From NCBI GenBank assembly GCA_014728565.1, contig WJLK01000035.1:1-32896 (forward strand): 32,896 bases of DNA, given 5' to 3'. The position numbers and the translations under genes were made by a program. This document shows positions 9,202-17,514 of the stretch, piece after piece (within the stretch, counting starts at the first letter, position 1; every line of letters starts with the position of its first letter). Origin of the DNA: Candidatus Pacearchaeota archaeon. GTDB lineage: Archaea; Nanobdellota; Nanobdellia; Pacearchaeales; GW2011-AR1. The notes below the pieces were generated by a model that saw nothing but the letters and a program-made list of their open reading frames with translations, ran no database searches and had not been told where the DNA came from.

Positions 9202-9477
9202 TTAATTTTCTCTTTTTGTTTTTTCAACTAACTTATGAACATCAATTCCTCTTTTTTTTCTGTTTGTAAAATACCAGACTTCAATAACAACTAAAAAAGC
9301 CATTAAAAACAAAAAAGTAATAAAAGCAGGTCCTTTTAACTCCATTGCTCCAATAACACTTCCAGTAATTGCAAATAAATAAACCAGAGATATAAAAGAA
9401 AAAAGAAATCCTAAAAAAGTTATAATTCCAAAAAATATTAAAAGTATACTTATTATCTCATCATCCTCAAATACCAT
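9202..9477 (-). CDS. Small membrane protein (about 2 TM)
   Basis: Two long hydrophobic segments and a basic C-terminal tail. Confidence 0.7.
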   Translation of the reverse strand: MVFEDDEIISILLIFFGIITFLGFLFSFISLVYLFAITGSVIGAMELKGPAFITFLFLMAFLVVIEVWYFTNRKKRGIDVHKLVEKTKREN

Positions 9478-9679
9478 AATTAAACCAGTTGATTACTCTA
9501 TATAAAAATTTCTAACATACAGGATAATGATTATAAATCCATACAAACTTCAGTACTCTTTTCTTGTATATCTTTTGTATATACAATACTTACACAGAAA
9601 TATTAGAAATTTATTTTTGTAAAATTTATAGAGCTATCTTCAGTTCCTCCTTTTCCACAACTTTTTCGATTTCCCAAAA

Positions 9680-9751
9680 AGCACGGGCTGGGAATCGAAC
9701 CCAGGAAAACGAGGTCTGCAGCCCCGCGCAATACCACTATGCGACCCGTGC
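9680..9751 (-). tRNA. tRNA-Cys(GCA)
   Basis: Reverse complement GCACGGG...CGGGG-CTGCAGA-CCTCG...CTGGGTTCGATTCCCAG-CCCGTGC-T; U73 discriminator. Confidence 0.95.
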
Positions 9752-9757
9752 ATAAAA

Positions 9758-9831
9758 TGCTCCTGACAGGATTCGAACCTGCGACCTACTGCTTAGAAGG
9801 CAGTCGCTCTATCCAGCTGAGCTACAGGAGC
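9758..9831 (-). tRNA. tRNA-Arg(TCT)
   Basis: Reverse complement GCTCCTGTAGCTCAGCTGGATAGAGCG-ACTGC-CTTCTAA-GCAGT-AGGTCGCAGGTTCGAATCCTGT-CAGGAGC-A. Confidence 0.96.
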
Positions 9832-9869
9832 AATCTAATACTGAATTTAAAAAAACATCTTATTTAAAA

Positions 9870-10400
9870 CTATTTCTTTTTCTTAAATTTCTTTTTTCCA
9901 ATAAAAAAATATTTCTCCTCTGTTTTAAACTTTTCATGATTCCTAACTACTAAAAAAATTACAATAACAACTATTAATAAAAAAACAACATAACCTATTT
10001 TCTTATAAAAAGGATTGTCAATGATAACATTTCCTGTTAAAGAAGGCTCTCCAAGAACAATCTTTTTTTCTATAAATTCTTTATGACCAACCAGACCTAT
10101 CATAACATAATACTCTCCTGAAGATATTCTAGTAATATCAACTGCAAATTCCCTCTCAATCATACTATCTTTATTAATTGAAAAACCATCTCTGTAAGAA
10201 TAAACAACACCTGTCTCATTCACAATAAATATATCAATAGAAACAGAATCTCCAATAAAACCAGAATTATCAAAAACATAACTTACATTTAAAATACCTT
10301 CTTCTAAACTTAAATTTCTTATCTCAAGATAATCCATTTCAGAAGCATTTACTGAAATTATTAAACAAAAACATAAAACAAATAAAAATATTTTTTTCAT
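9870..10400 (-). CDS. Secreted Ig-like protein with C-terminal TGNVI-TM-basic tail
   Basis: Signal peptide MKKIFLFVLCFCLIISVNA; beta-rich domain paralogous to the second domain of 10403-11344 (YVFDNSGFI vs YSFDNSNFI); SLTGNVI then TM then Lys tail. Confidence 0.8.
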   Translation of the reverse strand: MKKIFLFVLCFCLIISVNASEMDYLEIRNLSLEEGILNVSYVFDNSGFIGDSVSIDIFIVNETGVVYSYRDGFSINKDSMIEREFAVDITRISSGEYYVMIGLVGHKEFIEKKIVLGEPSLTGNVIIDNPFYKKIGYVVFLLIVVIVIFLVVRNHEKFKTEEKYFFIGKKKFKKKK

Positions 10401-10402
10401 TT

Positions 10403-11344
10403 TTAATCCTTTCTTAAGCTTATCTGAATATCATTAACTGAGTCATTCTTATTAATTAAATTATTTAAATTTTTTCTCAGCCACCTAACTCTTCCAAGAG
10501 TCAAATCCTTTTTATACTGGATACCTTTATTCCATGAATCTCTAAAAATAAAGAATATTCCAATAGTTATGATTATAATAAAGATTGTATAACCAATAAC
10601 TTTTTTTACAGCCATTCCTCCAATAACCATCCCAGTTGTCTGAGTATCACCAATAATAACATTTTCTTTAACAGCACTTTCCTCATCAGAATTAATCCCA
10701 ATATAAAAAGTATGTATTCCTTTAGAATCTTCTGGAATCTCCATTACAAAAACTCTTTTTACAATTTTTTTATCTGATTTAAAAGAATCAGAAACTCTAT
10801 TAATCTCTGTTCCTCTGTCATCAACTAACCAGCCACTAACCAAAACATTATTATCAATAAAATTAGAATTGTCAAAAGAATATTCTGCTTTAAGTCCTTT
10901 CTCTGTCTGCTTAACACTGATTATATTTATAACCCTAAGATTCTCTATAACACTAACAACAATAGACTGATTCTCTGAAGTCTCGCTGCATGAAACTTCC
11001 AAATTGCCATAATAATCTCCTACATCTATTTTCTCAGGAACTCTTAAATCAAAAATATAATCTGTATTTTCACCTGGAGCAATACCTTTAACTAAGTTTG
11101 AATAAAACCAATTTTTTGTCTCACCCCTGAAAATTAACCTGCATCTATTAAGAAAAAATTTCCCATTGTTTTTAACCTCCAGAGAAAGAGTTTTTCTCTC
11201 ACCACTCTTAGCAATTATATTTCCAATTTCTGAAAATTCAATTCCTTTATTAAATTCATCATCTTCAAAATTCTCAGCTCTGATAACTCCTAAAATTAAA
11301 ATTAATAAAACACCAATTACAAAAAACACTTCTCTTTTTTCCAT
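10403..11344 (-). CDS. Secreted two-domain Ig/CARDB-like protein with C-terminal TGMVI-TM anchor
   Basis: Signal peptide; LEVKNNG...IAPGE...FDLRVPE...GDYYGNLEV pattern typical of NPCBM-associated/CARDB-like Ig folds; TTGMVI then TM. Confidence 0.8.
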   Translation of the reverse strand: MEKREVFFVIGVLLILILGVIRAENFEDDEFNKGIEFSEIGNIIAKSGERKTLSLEVKNNGKFFLNRCRLIFRGETKNWFYSNLVKGIAPGENTDYIFDLRVPEKIDVGDYYGNLEVSCSETSENQSIVVSVIENLRVINIISVKQTEKGLKAEYSFDNSNFIDNNVLVSGWLVDDRGTEINRVSDSFKSDKKIVKRVFVMEIPEDSKGIHTFYIGINSDEESAVKENVIIGDTQTTGMVIGGMAVKKVIGYTIFIIIITIGIFFIFRDSWNKGIQYKKDLTLGRVRWLRKNLNNLINKNDSVNDIQISLRKD

Positions 11345-11391
11345 TATAAATAAAAAAGAACTTTCTTTATAAAACTAATTATAAAAAATAA

Positions 11392-12105
11392 CTAATGTTT
11401 TTTTATTCTAGCACCTGTAATTATTATAACAAGAATAGCTAGAACAACCAGGAAAACAATAACAATTGGATATCTGCTCCAAAAGTTTTCTGAACTAACA
11501 CTCTCTAATCCAATAACATTTCCTGTCAAAGCAACATTTTTAAAAACAATGTCCTGTTTCTGAGTTCCGTCATTAACCCTCACATCATAATTACCTTCAG
11601 GAGCTGTTAATCTAATTTCTTTTTTTTCTCCTACCTCTAATGGAACAACTGCAGTTTCCTCATGCCCTCCAATAGAGATAATAAGAGATTTTTTATAAGG
11701 AACATTACCAATATTAGCTATAATCAATTTATCCTTCTCTAATCTAATATCTGCTTTTTCTAATTCCTGGACATTAAAAAGCTCTTTAGCCTCAACATCC
11801 TTATAACTAGCAACAACTGCCCAGTAACCACTTATCGAATTCTCCGGAAGTTTAAAAACAACACCCTCTCCAGAATTAACCCTTCCTGAATAAATAACAT
11901 CTGTATAATAGTTCTGAACCTCAAAATTCACCTCTCCAGGAATCTCATTATTGTCATCATCATAAAGAATAACATTAATAAACATCTCCTCTCCAGGAAC
12001 ATAAGTATTATCAATATCTATTCCTATTTTTTCAGCTGAAATTCCTGCTGAAAAAATAATGACTAACAAAAACATCAATAACTGAACATCTCTAATTTTT
12101 TTCAT
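11392..12105 (-). CDS. Secreted Ig-like protein with C-terminal TGNVI-TM anchor
   Basis: Signal peptide; YVPGE, NIGNVP, LTAPEGNYDVRV; LTGNVI then TM then RIKKH. Confidence 0.8.
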   Translation of the reverse strand: MKKIRDVQLLMFLLVIIFSAGISAEKIGIDIDNTYVPGEEMFINVILYDDDNNEIPGEVNFEVQNYYTDVIYSGRVNSGEGVVFKLPENSISGYWAVVASYKDVEAKELFNVQELEKADIRLEKDKLIIANIGNVPYKKSLIISIGGHEETAVVPLEVGEKKEIRLTAPEGNYDVRVNDGTQKQDIVFKNVALTGNVIGLESVSSENFWSRYPIVIVFLVVLAILVIIITGARIKKH

Positions 12106-12183
12106 GTTATTACTAACTTAATGATATTTTTAAAACTTACCAATCTCAAAAACCTATTTAAACCAAAATATCCTTTGCTTTAT

Positions 12184-13089
12184 ATGGCAGAAAAAATACA
12201 CCTAACTTTTCTGGGAACGAGCAGTGCAATTCCTACAGCAACAAGGAATCACACATCAATTTTTCTTAGATATAAATCTGAAAATATCCTGATTGACTGT
12301 GGAGAAGGAACTCAGAGACAACTAAGAAAAGCTAAAATCAATCCTCTAAAAATAAACAAAATACTTATAACACACCTCCACGGAGACCATGTTTTCGGTC
12401 TTCCTGGATTATTTGAAACCCTTGGTTTAAATAACTACAATAAAACTCTTTTAATCTATGGGCCAAGAGGAATAAAAAAATTTATCAAAAACATTATCAG
12501 AAATTTTATATTCACTGAAAAAATCAAGATACAGGTAAAAGAGGTTAATGGAAAATTCATAGATACAGAGGATTTTGAAATAACAGCTATGAAACTAAAA
12601 CACAATTCTATCTGCAATGGTTACTTCTTTAAAGAAAAAAATAAACTTAGAATAGATAAGAAAAAACTAAAAAAACTTAAGCTTCCTGGCTCATCAGAAA
12701 TAGCAAAGCTCAAAAAGGGAAAAAACATAAAAATAAATAAAAAAACAATCAAATACAAAGACCTTACTTATCCTGAAAAAGGAAGAAAAATAAGTTTTAT
12801 TCTTGACACGCAAAAATGCCAGAACATTAAAAAATTAATAAAAGATTCAGACCTCGCTGTTATTGAATCCACATTCCTGGATTCCCTAGATAAAAATAAA
12901 GTCAAGGAAAGAATGCACCTGACAGCAAGACAGGCAGCTGAACTTGCTAAATCATCAAAAGTAAAAAAACTAATACTAACTCATCTGTCCCAAAGATACG
13001 AATATAAGGAAAAACTAGTTCTTAAAGAAGCTAAAAAATATTTTAAAAAAACAGAAATAGCAAAGGATCTAATGAGTATAACAATATAA
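12184..13089 (+). CDS. rnz: Ribonuclease Z (tRNase Z)
   Basis: LTFLGTSSAIPT, DCGEGTQRQ, THLHGDH (HxHxDH), exosite arm, ESTF, HLTARQAA, LTHLSQRY. ATG 12184 preferred over 12121. Confidence 0.96.
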   Translation: MAEKIHLTFLGTSSAIPTATRNHTSIFLRYKSENILIDCGEGTQRQLRKAKINPLKINKILITHLHGDHVFGLPGLFETLGLNNYNKTLLIYGPRGIKKFIKNIIRNFIFTEKIKIQVKEVNGKFIDTEDFEITAMKLKHNSICNGYFFKEKNKLRIDKKKLKKLKLPGSSEIAKLKKGKNIKINKKTIKYKDLTYPEKGRKISFILDTQKCQNIKKLIKDSDLAVIESTFLDSLDKNKVKERMHLTARQAAELAKSSKVKKLILTHLSQRYEYKEKLVLKEAKKYFKKTEIAKDLMSITI

Positions 13090-13090
13090 T

Positions 13091-13342
13091 CTAATCTTCC
13101 TGTTTAACAACTGAAGCAGGTGAAATAAAAATGATAGTATCTCCTCTTAAAAAAGTAAGCCCAATACTTCTTTTATTCTCACCCTCATTTATCTCTTTAG
13201 CGTTATCTAAAACAATATTTATATGAATATCAAATGCAAGAAGAGTTCCTACCATCTGTCTGTTGTTTTTCAGCTGAACAAGCACTTCTTTTCCTTTTGC
13301 ATTATTTAAGACATCAAGTGGTCTCTCAATTCCATTAACCAT
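13091..13342 (-). CDS. Sm-like archaeal protein (SmAP/Lsm), copy A
   Basis: RPLDVL, Sm1 GTLLAFDIHINIVLDNA, Sm2 FLRGDTIIFISP. Confidence 0.95.
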   Translation of the reverse strand: MVNGIERPLDVLNNAKGKEVLVQLKNNRQMVGTLLAFDIHINIVLDNAKEINEGENKRSIGLTFLRGDTIIFISPASVVKQED

Positions 13343-13683
13343 AAAAGAACTTTATTAATGAAGTTTTTAAAACTTTCTATAGTCATGACTACATAAATTC
13401 AAAAAGAACCAAAAGACCGTGCCAATCTAAATAGGTCAAAACTCATTACAAAAACTAATCAACCACATTTGCAGGAGATATGAAAATAACTGAATCTCCT
13501 TTTAAAAAAATCAACCCCAGATTCTTTTTTTCATCTCCCAAGATCTCTTTTGCATTATCAATCGCAATATTGATATGCATATCAAATGCAAGAAGAGTTC
13601 CTACCATCTGTCTGTTGTTTTTCAGCTGAACAAGCACTTCTTTTCCTTTTGCATTATTTAAGACATCAAGTGGTCTCTCAATT
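13227..13683. repeat. 105-bp identical block shared by the two Sm genes
   Basis: 13227-13331 equals 13579-13683 (offset 352) with no mismatch seen. Confidence 0.9.
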
Positions 13684-13694
13684 GTGTTTTTCAT
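13455..13694 (-). CDS. Sm-like archaeal protein (SmAP/Lsm), copy B
   Basis: RPLDVL, Sm1 GTLLAFDMHINIAIDNA, Sm2 FLKGDSVIFISP. Confidence 0.93.
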   Translation of the reverse strand: MKNTIERPLDVLNNAKGKEVLVQLKNNRQMVGTLLAFDMHINIAIDNAKEILGDEKKNLGLIFLKGDSVIFISPANVVD

Positions 13695-13791
13695 AAAACA
13701 AACTATAAAACATCTTTTTTAAATATTCTTATAAAAAAATATAAAAATCAACTCCCAAAACATTTAAATATAGTTTTTAACAAAAAAATCT

Positions 13792-14172
13792 ATGGGATAT
13801 GGAAGAAAAACAACTGGAGGAAAATATCATAAATTCAGAAAAAAGAAAAAACACTCTCTTCCAGGAGAAGAAAGAAAAGTAAAACTCAAAGAAAGAAAAT
13901 CAAAAGTAATCAGAACAAGAGGTAAAAATCTTAAAACAGCGTTGCTATCAGACGAGTTTGCAAATGTCACTGACCCTAAAACTAAAAAAACCAAAAAAGT
14001 TAAAATAACCAATGTACTGGAAACACCTTCTAATCGTTTCTTAGCTAGACAAAATATTCTTGTAAAATCAGCTATAATAGAAACAGAACTTGGAAAAGCT
14101 AAAATAACCAACAGACCTTCTCAGGAAGGCATGGTCCAAGCTCTGTTAATTAAAGAGGAAAAAGAAAAATAA
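13792..14172 (+). CDS. rps8e: 30S ribosomal protein eS8
   Basis: GRKTTGGKY...RKKKK, IRTRG, LETPSN, AIIETELGKAKITNRPSQEGMVQA. Confidence 0.96.
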   Translation: MGYGRKTTGGKYHKFRKKKKHSLPGEERKVKLKERKSKVIRTRGKNLKTALLSDEFANVTDPKTKKTKKVKITNVLETPSNRFLARQNILVKSAIIETELGKAKITNRPSQEGMVQALLIKEEKEK

Positions 14173-14243
14173 ATCCCTATCTCACATATATTTAAAAACC
14201 CTGTTTTTCATGTTTAAATTAATAAATTTAATACAAATCAAAA

Positions 14244-14375
14244 ATGTCTTATGATTTCAATGACTCAGGTTATGGTTGTGGAAATGGAGGATATTGCAAT
14301 CAAGCAAATAATTATATGAATAATGAAACTGACCAAAATCCTCAGCAAGCTCTTTACGATAATGGTTCTTTTTAG
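14244..14375 (+). CDS. Small ORF (43 aa), Asn/Gly/Tyr-rich with two Cys
   Basis: MSYDFNDSGYGCGNGGYCNQANNYMNNETDQNPQQALYDNGSF*; TTTAAAT about 30 nt upstream; fills the gap between rps8e and the convergent gene. Confidence 0.5.
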   Translation: MSYDFNDSGYGCGNGGYCNQANNYMNNETDQNPQQALYDNGSF

Positions 14376-14390
14376 AATTGTTCATAATTT

Positions 14391-15461
14391 CTAAAAAAAT
14401 CTTTTTTCCTCAAATACTCTTTCATACAAACTCCTGACTATGCCTGATTTTGGAGCTGGATGACTTGAATTAGTTTTATAAAGCCTGTAAGCATAATCTA
14501 AACCTAATCCCATCCAGGCAGTAAACAAAAAAACAGGTAGAACAAAATCTCCCTGTTTTGCAGAATATTGCAAATACTCCAAAAGAGGCATTGTAGTACA
14601 GAGAGGTATCAGTGCTTCAGAAGCATGAAATACTGCCTGTTCATAACTTCCAAGATTTCTTCTAATAGCAGAATCACTTCCAAAAAGAAAAGTACCTGCT
14701 TTTCTAGGAATACTTCTCCACTTAAAAACTAATTTTTCTAAGTCTTTTCTTCCAAATTCTCTTAATGAAAATACTCTATAATTCCTATGTTCTGGTAAAA
14801 GTCTTCTCCTATTTCTAGTTATGTCTGAATAATCTCCAAAATTATCTTTTCCAAATAATCCTACGAATCTATCATACATTTCAGAACCTGTCTGAATAAC
14901 TTCTCTAAGAATATCTCTCTCATCTGTTTTTTCTCTTGCAGTCATGTACCTATTCACCCATCCACAAAGTTCTTCTCTGGACATGATATGCGAACAAAAA
15001 GGTTTTATAGAAATAGCAGGAAAAACATAAGGTTGCTCTATCTTTATGGCTGTTTCAGAATCATCATCAAAAACAGTATCACAGAAGGGACTTATAATTC
15101 CATAAAAATCCCCTTTATTTTCTACAAATTCAACAACACTCCTATCAATAGTTTTCATAGACAAATCAAAAGGATTAATCTCAAGATAGTAGAGAGGTGT
15201 TATTCTCCCAATCTCAGGATCACTATCTGATATCAGAACAGACATTTCAATATCAGAAATGCCTGAAGCAAGAGATAAACCATAATTATTTCTCACAACA
15301 TCATAATAATATCTTGTAGTATATCTTCGTAATCCAACTAGATAAACCCAAAAATTATCCTTACTTCTATCCCTGAACAAATCATCAAAATCAAAATTCC
15401 CTCTAAAAAAACTCGGAGTTCTAGGTTCATCAGTTCCTAATAATATTGGCATAAAACTCAA
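14391..15461 (-). CDS. Hypothetical protein (~355 aa) with C-terminal hydrophobic helices
   Basis: Long ORF; start uncertain (TTG 15461 or ATG 15452); no recognised motif. Confidence 0.75.
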   Translation of the reverse strand: MSFMPILLGTDEPRTPSFFRGNFDFDDLFRDRSKDNFWVYLVGLRRYTTRYYYDVVRNNYGLSLASGISDIEMSVLISDSDPEIGRITPLYYLEINPFDLSMKTIDRSVVEFVENKGDFYGIISPFCDTVFDDDSETAIKIEQPYVFPAISIKPFCSHIMSREELCGWVNRYMTAREKTDERDILREVIQTGSEMYDRFVGLFGKDNFGDYSDITRNRRRLLPEHRNYRVFSLREFGRKDLEKLVFKWRSIPRKAGTFLFGSDSAIRRNLGSYEQAVFHASEALIPLCTTMPLLEYLQYSAKQGDFVLPVFLFTAWMGLGLDYAYRLYKTNSSHPAPKSGIVRSLYERVFEEKRFF

Positions 15462-15507
15462 AACTAGAAAACTTTATATGAATTGTTGTTTTCAAGAAAA
15501 TTCATTT

Positions 15508-15963
15508 CTAAGCAGCAGAATGAATTCCAAAACCAAGAAGATTTCTAGAACTGTCTACTAATTGCTGACCACTAATTCCAAGCATATCAAATATCTCTCT
15601 AACATCAGAATCTTCTGACCTTCCAATTCCAATAATCAGATGTTCTGGTCCTCTGTATCCATGTTGCATTTCCTCACCACTCTTCTTTGCAAGATTCACT
15701 ATATTGACTGCAGAATGTGTATAAGGCATATCATATCTATGAGCAATCCTATCTCTAACTGCACCCTCTATTTCAGGAAAAACACCAAGTACCTTACAAG
15801 GAGTGATTCCCTCATCTCTAAGAAGTATTCCTGATAAATCTGTCCTTAACAAACCCATGAGAATACATCCTGGTGTAACTTCTTCATAACCTAGAAAACG
15901 AGCAGTTTCAGCTGCTTCATCTAATACCCTAAACCAGTTTTGGTTATAACTCACATAACTCAT
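15508..15963 (-). CDS. Stand-alone Clp N-terminal (double Clp-repeat) domain protein
   Basis: Two Clp repeats: AAETARFLGYEEVTPGCILMGLL...LLRDEGIT and PYTHSAVNIVNLAKKSGEEMQHGYRGPEHLIIGI...IFDMLGIS. No AAA+ domain. Confidence 0.85.
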   Translation of the reverse strand: MSYVSYNQNWFRVLDEAAETARFLGYEEVTPGCILMGLLRTDLSGILLRDEGITPCKVLGVFPEIEGAVRDRIAHRYDMPYTHSAVNIVNLAKKSGEEMQHGYRGPEHLIIGIGRSEDSDVREIFDMLGISGQQLVDSSRNLLGFGIHSAA

Positions 15964-16049
15964 ATAAAATTAACTAAAAAATAATATAAATACCTTTTCA
16001 TGTTCTAAAGACTCTAAAAAAATTTATAAATCAGGTATAATAGTCTTTT

Positions 16050-16149
16050 AAGAGGCAGATGAAAAGGTGAATTAGCTGTTATGTTCTGAATCTTTTTCTT
16101 CATTACACATCAGCATATTCCAAGGATTTGCCATCCTTGTCTGCCTCTT
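16050..16149. ncRNA. Candidate ~100-nt structured RNA or inverted-repeat element
   Basis: Terminal stem AAGAGGCAGA/TCTGCCTCTT encloses further helices GCTG/CAGC, ATGT/ACAT, TGAA/TTCA and CAAGGAT/ATCCTTG. TATA-like boxes lie ~25-30 nt outside each end (16023-16030 and 16177-16184). Confidence 0.5.
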
Positions 16150-16253
16150 TTACACAAAAATTCAGACTAACCGAAACATTTAAAAACTTTCTTACATTAA
16201 GTTTATAAACCTTGCTATAAATTAAATATAATTTTAATTAATCTTATTTTAAA

Positions 16254-17192
16254 ATGGCTAATATTAAAAGATGTCCTGAATGCGGAAGTGTTAATCTCAC
16301 CTGGGATGAACAACGAGGAGAGGTTTTCTGCAATGACTGTGGAACAGTTGTTGAAGAAAAAATGGTAGATACCAGCCAGGAACTCCAAGGAAGTTTTGAA
16401 TCAGGTGATAAAAAAGGAAGGGGAGGAGCACCTTTATCAATGCAAAAATTTGACAAAGGACTTACTACAAATGTAGGAGAAATCTCAGACATATACAAAT
16501 TAGATGCAGGTTCTACTAGGAAATTTCTAAGATTAAAAAAATGGCAGGAGAGAGTTTCAACCTCTATCGAGAGAAACCTAAGACTAGCCATGACTGAATT
16601 AAGACGTGTAGCTAGTTTCTTAAATCTCCCAGAAGTTGTAAAAGACGAAGCTTCAAGAATCTACCAGTTTGTTTTACAAAGAGGTCTTGTTAGAGGAAGA
16701 TCAATGGAATCAGTTATTGCAGCCTGTATTTATGCAGCATGCAGGTCCTATGACATACCTCGAACACTAGATGAAATATCTGCAGCTTCTGATGTAGAGA
16801 GAAAAGAGATAGGAAGAACCTATAGATTTATAATCAGAAAATTAGGAATTAAAGTAACTCCCTCCTCTCCTAAGGATTACATTCATAGATTTGCCTCTGT
16901 TCTTAAGCTGTCTCCAAAAACTCAGAATGAATCACTAAAAATACTGAAAAAAGCAGAAGGTTCTGAATTAACCTCTGGAAGAGGACCTGCAGGAATTGCA
17001 GCTGCTGGACTTTATGTAGCAGCCTTACTAAATAACGAGAAAAAAACCCAGAGAGAGGTTGCAGATGTTGCAGGAATAACAGAAGTAACAATAAGAAATC
17101 GTTACAAGGAACTTCTCGACAAGCTTGATTTAGAGGAAAAACTAAGAATCAAGGAAGCAGAAGCAAAAGCAAAGAAAAAGAAAGAGAAATAA
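16254..17192 (+). CDS. tfb: Transcription initiation factor IIB
   Basis: Zn ribbon CPECG...CNDCG, ERNL, LVRGRSMESV, PRTLDEI, KEIGRTYR, SGRGPAG, TQREVADVAGITEVTIRNRYKEL. Confidence 0.98.
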   Translation: MANIKRCPECGSVNLTWDEQRGEVFCNDCGTVVEEKMVDTSQELQGSFESGDKKGRGGAPLSMQKFDKGLTTNVGEISDIYKLDAGSTRKFLRLKKWQERVSTSIERNLRLAMTELRRVASFLNLPEVVKDEASRIYQFVLQRGLVRGRSMESVIAACIYAACRSYDIPRTLDEISAASDVERKEIGRTYRFIIRKLGIKVTPSSPKDYIHRFASVLKLSPKTQNESLKILKKAEGSELTSGRGPAGIAAAGLYVAALLNNEKKTQREVADVAGITEVTIRNRYKELLDKLDLEEKLRIKEAEAKAKKKKEK

Positions 17193-17489
17193 TCACAAAA
17201 TTCTATAGATTTTTATTCCAAAAATTATCAGAGAGTAGACTATTCCTGTATAAATTAAACTCAGAACAACATTAAGCCCTATAGCAAGTGATTTAGGTGG
17301 CAGCCGAGTATCATCTCTTACTCTTAAAACAGAATCATAAAAATTAGTTACTTCATGAACAACCCTCCACTCTGTTTTAAAATCACTGGTATGTTCAATA
17401 ACAGAAAATCTAATAAAAACAGGAAGAAACCCCATTATAATGAAAATTAGAATAAAACCTGATATCTTTCCTAGTAGTTCACCTCTCAT
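17193..17489 (-). CDS. Small membrane protein (2 TM)
   Basis: Hydrophobic N- and C-terminal segments flank a short loop. Confidence 0.65.
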   Translation of the reverse strand: MRGELLGKISGFILIFIIMGFLPVFIRFSVIEHTSDFKTEWRVVHEVTNFYDSVLRVRDDTRLPPKSLAIGLNVVLSLIYTGIVYSLIIFGIKIYRIL

Positions 17490-17514
17490 CTAATAAAATA
17501 GTTTTAAGTGTATT

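Noticed and set aside
9564..9755. 63-aa ORF on +
   Set aside because: Overlaps tRNA-Cys on the opposite strand and has a non-ATG start.
16050..16149. Identification as 5S rRNA, SRP RNA, hammerhead ribozyme or H/ACA guide
   Set aside because: No 5S loop C, no SRP GNRA helix 8 with AGCAG loop, CUGAUG is not followed by the hammerhead core, and no convincing pseudouridylation pocket or canonical K-turn despite a downstream ACA.
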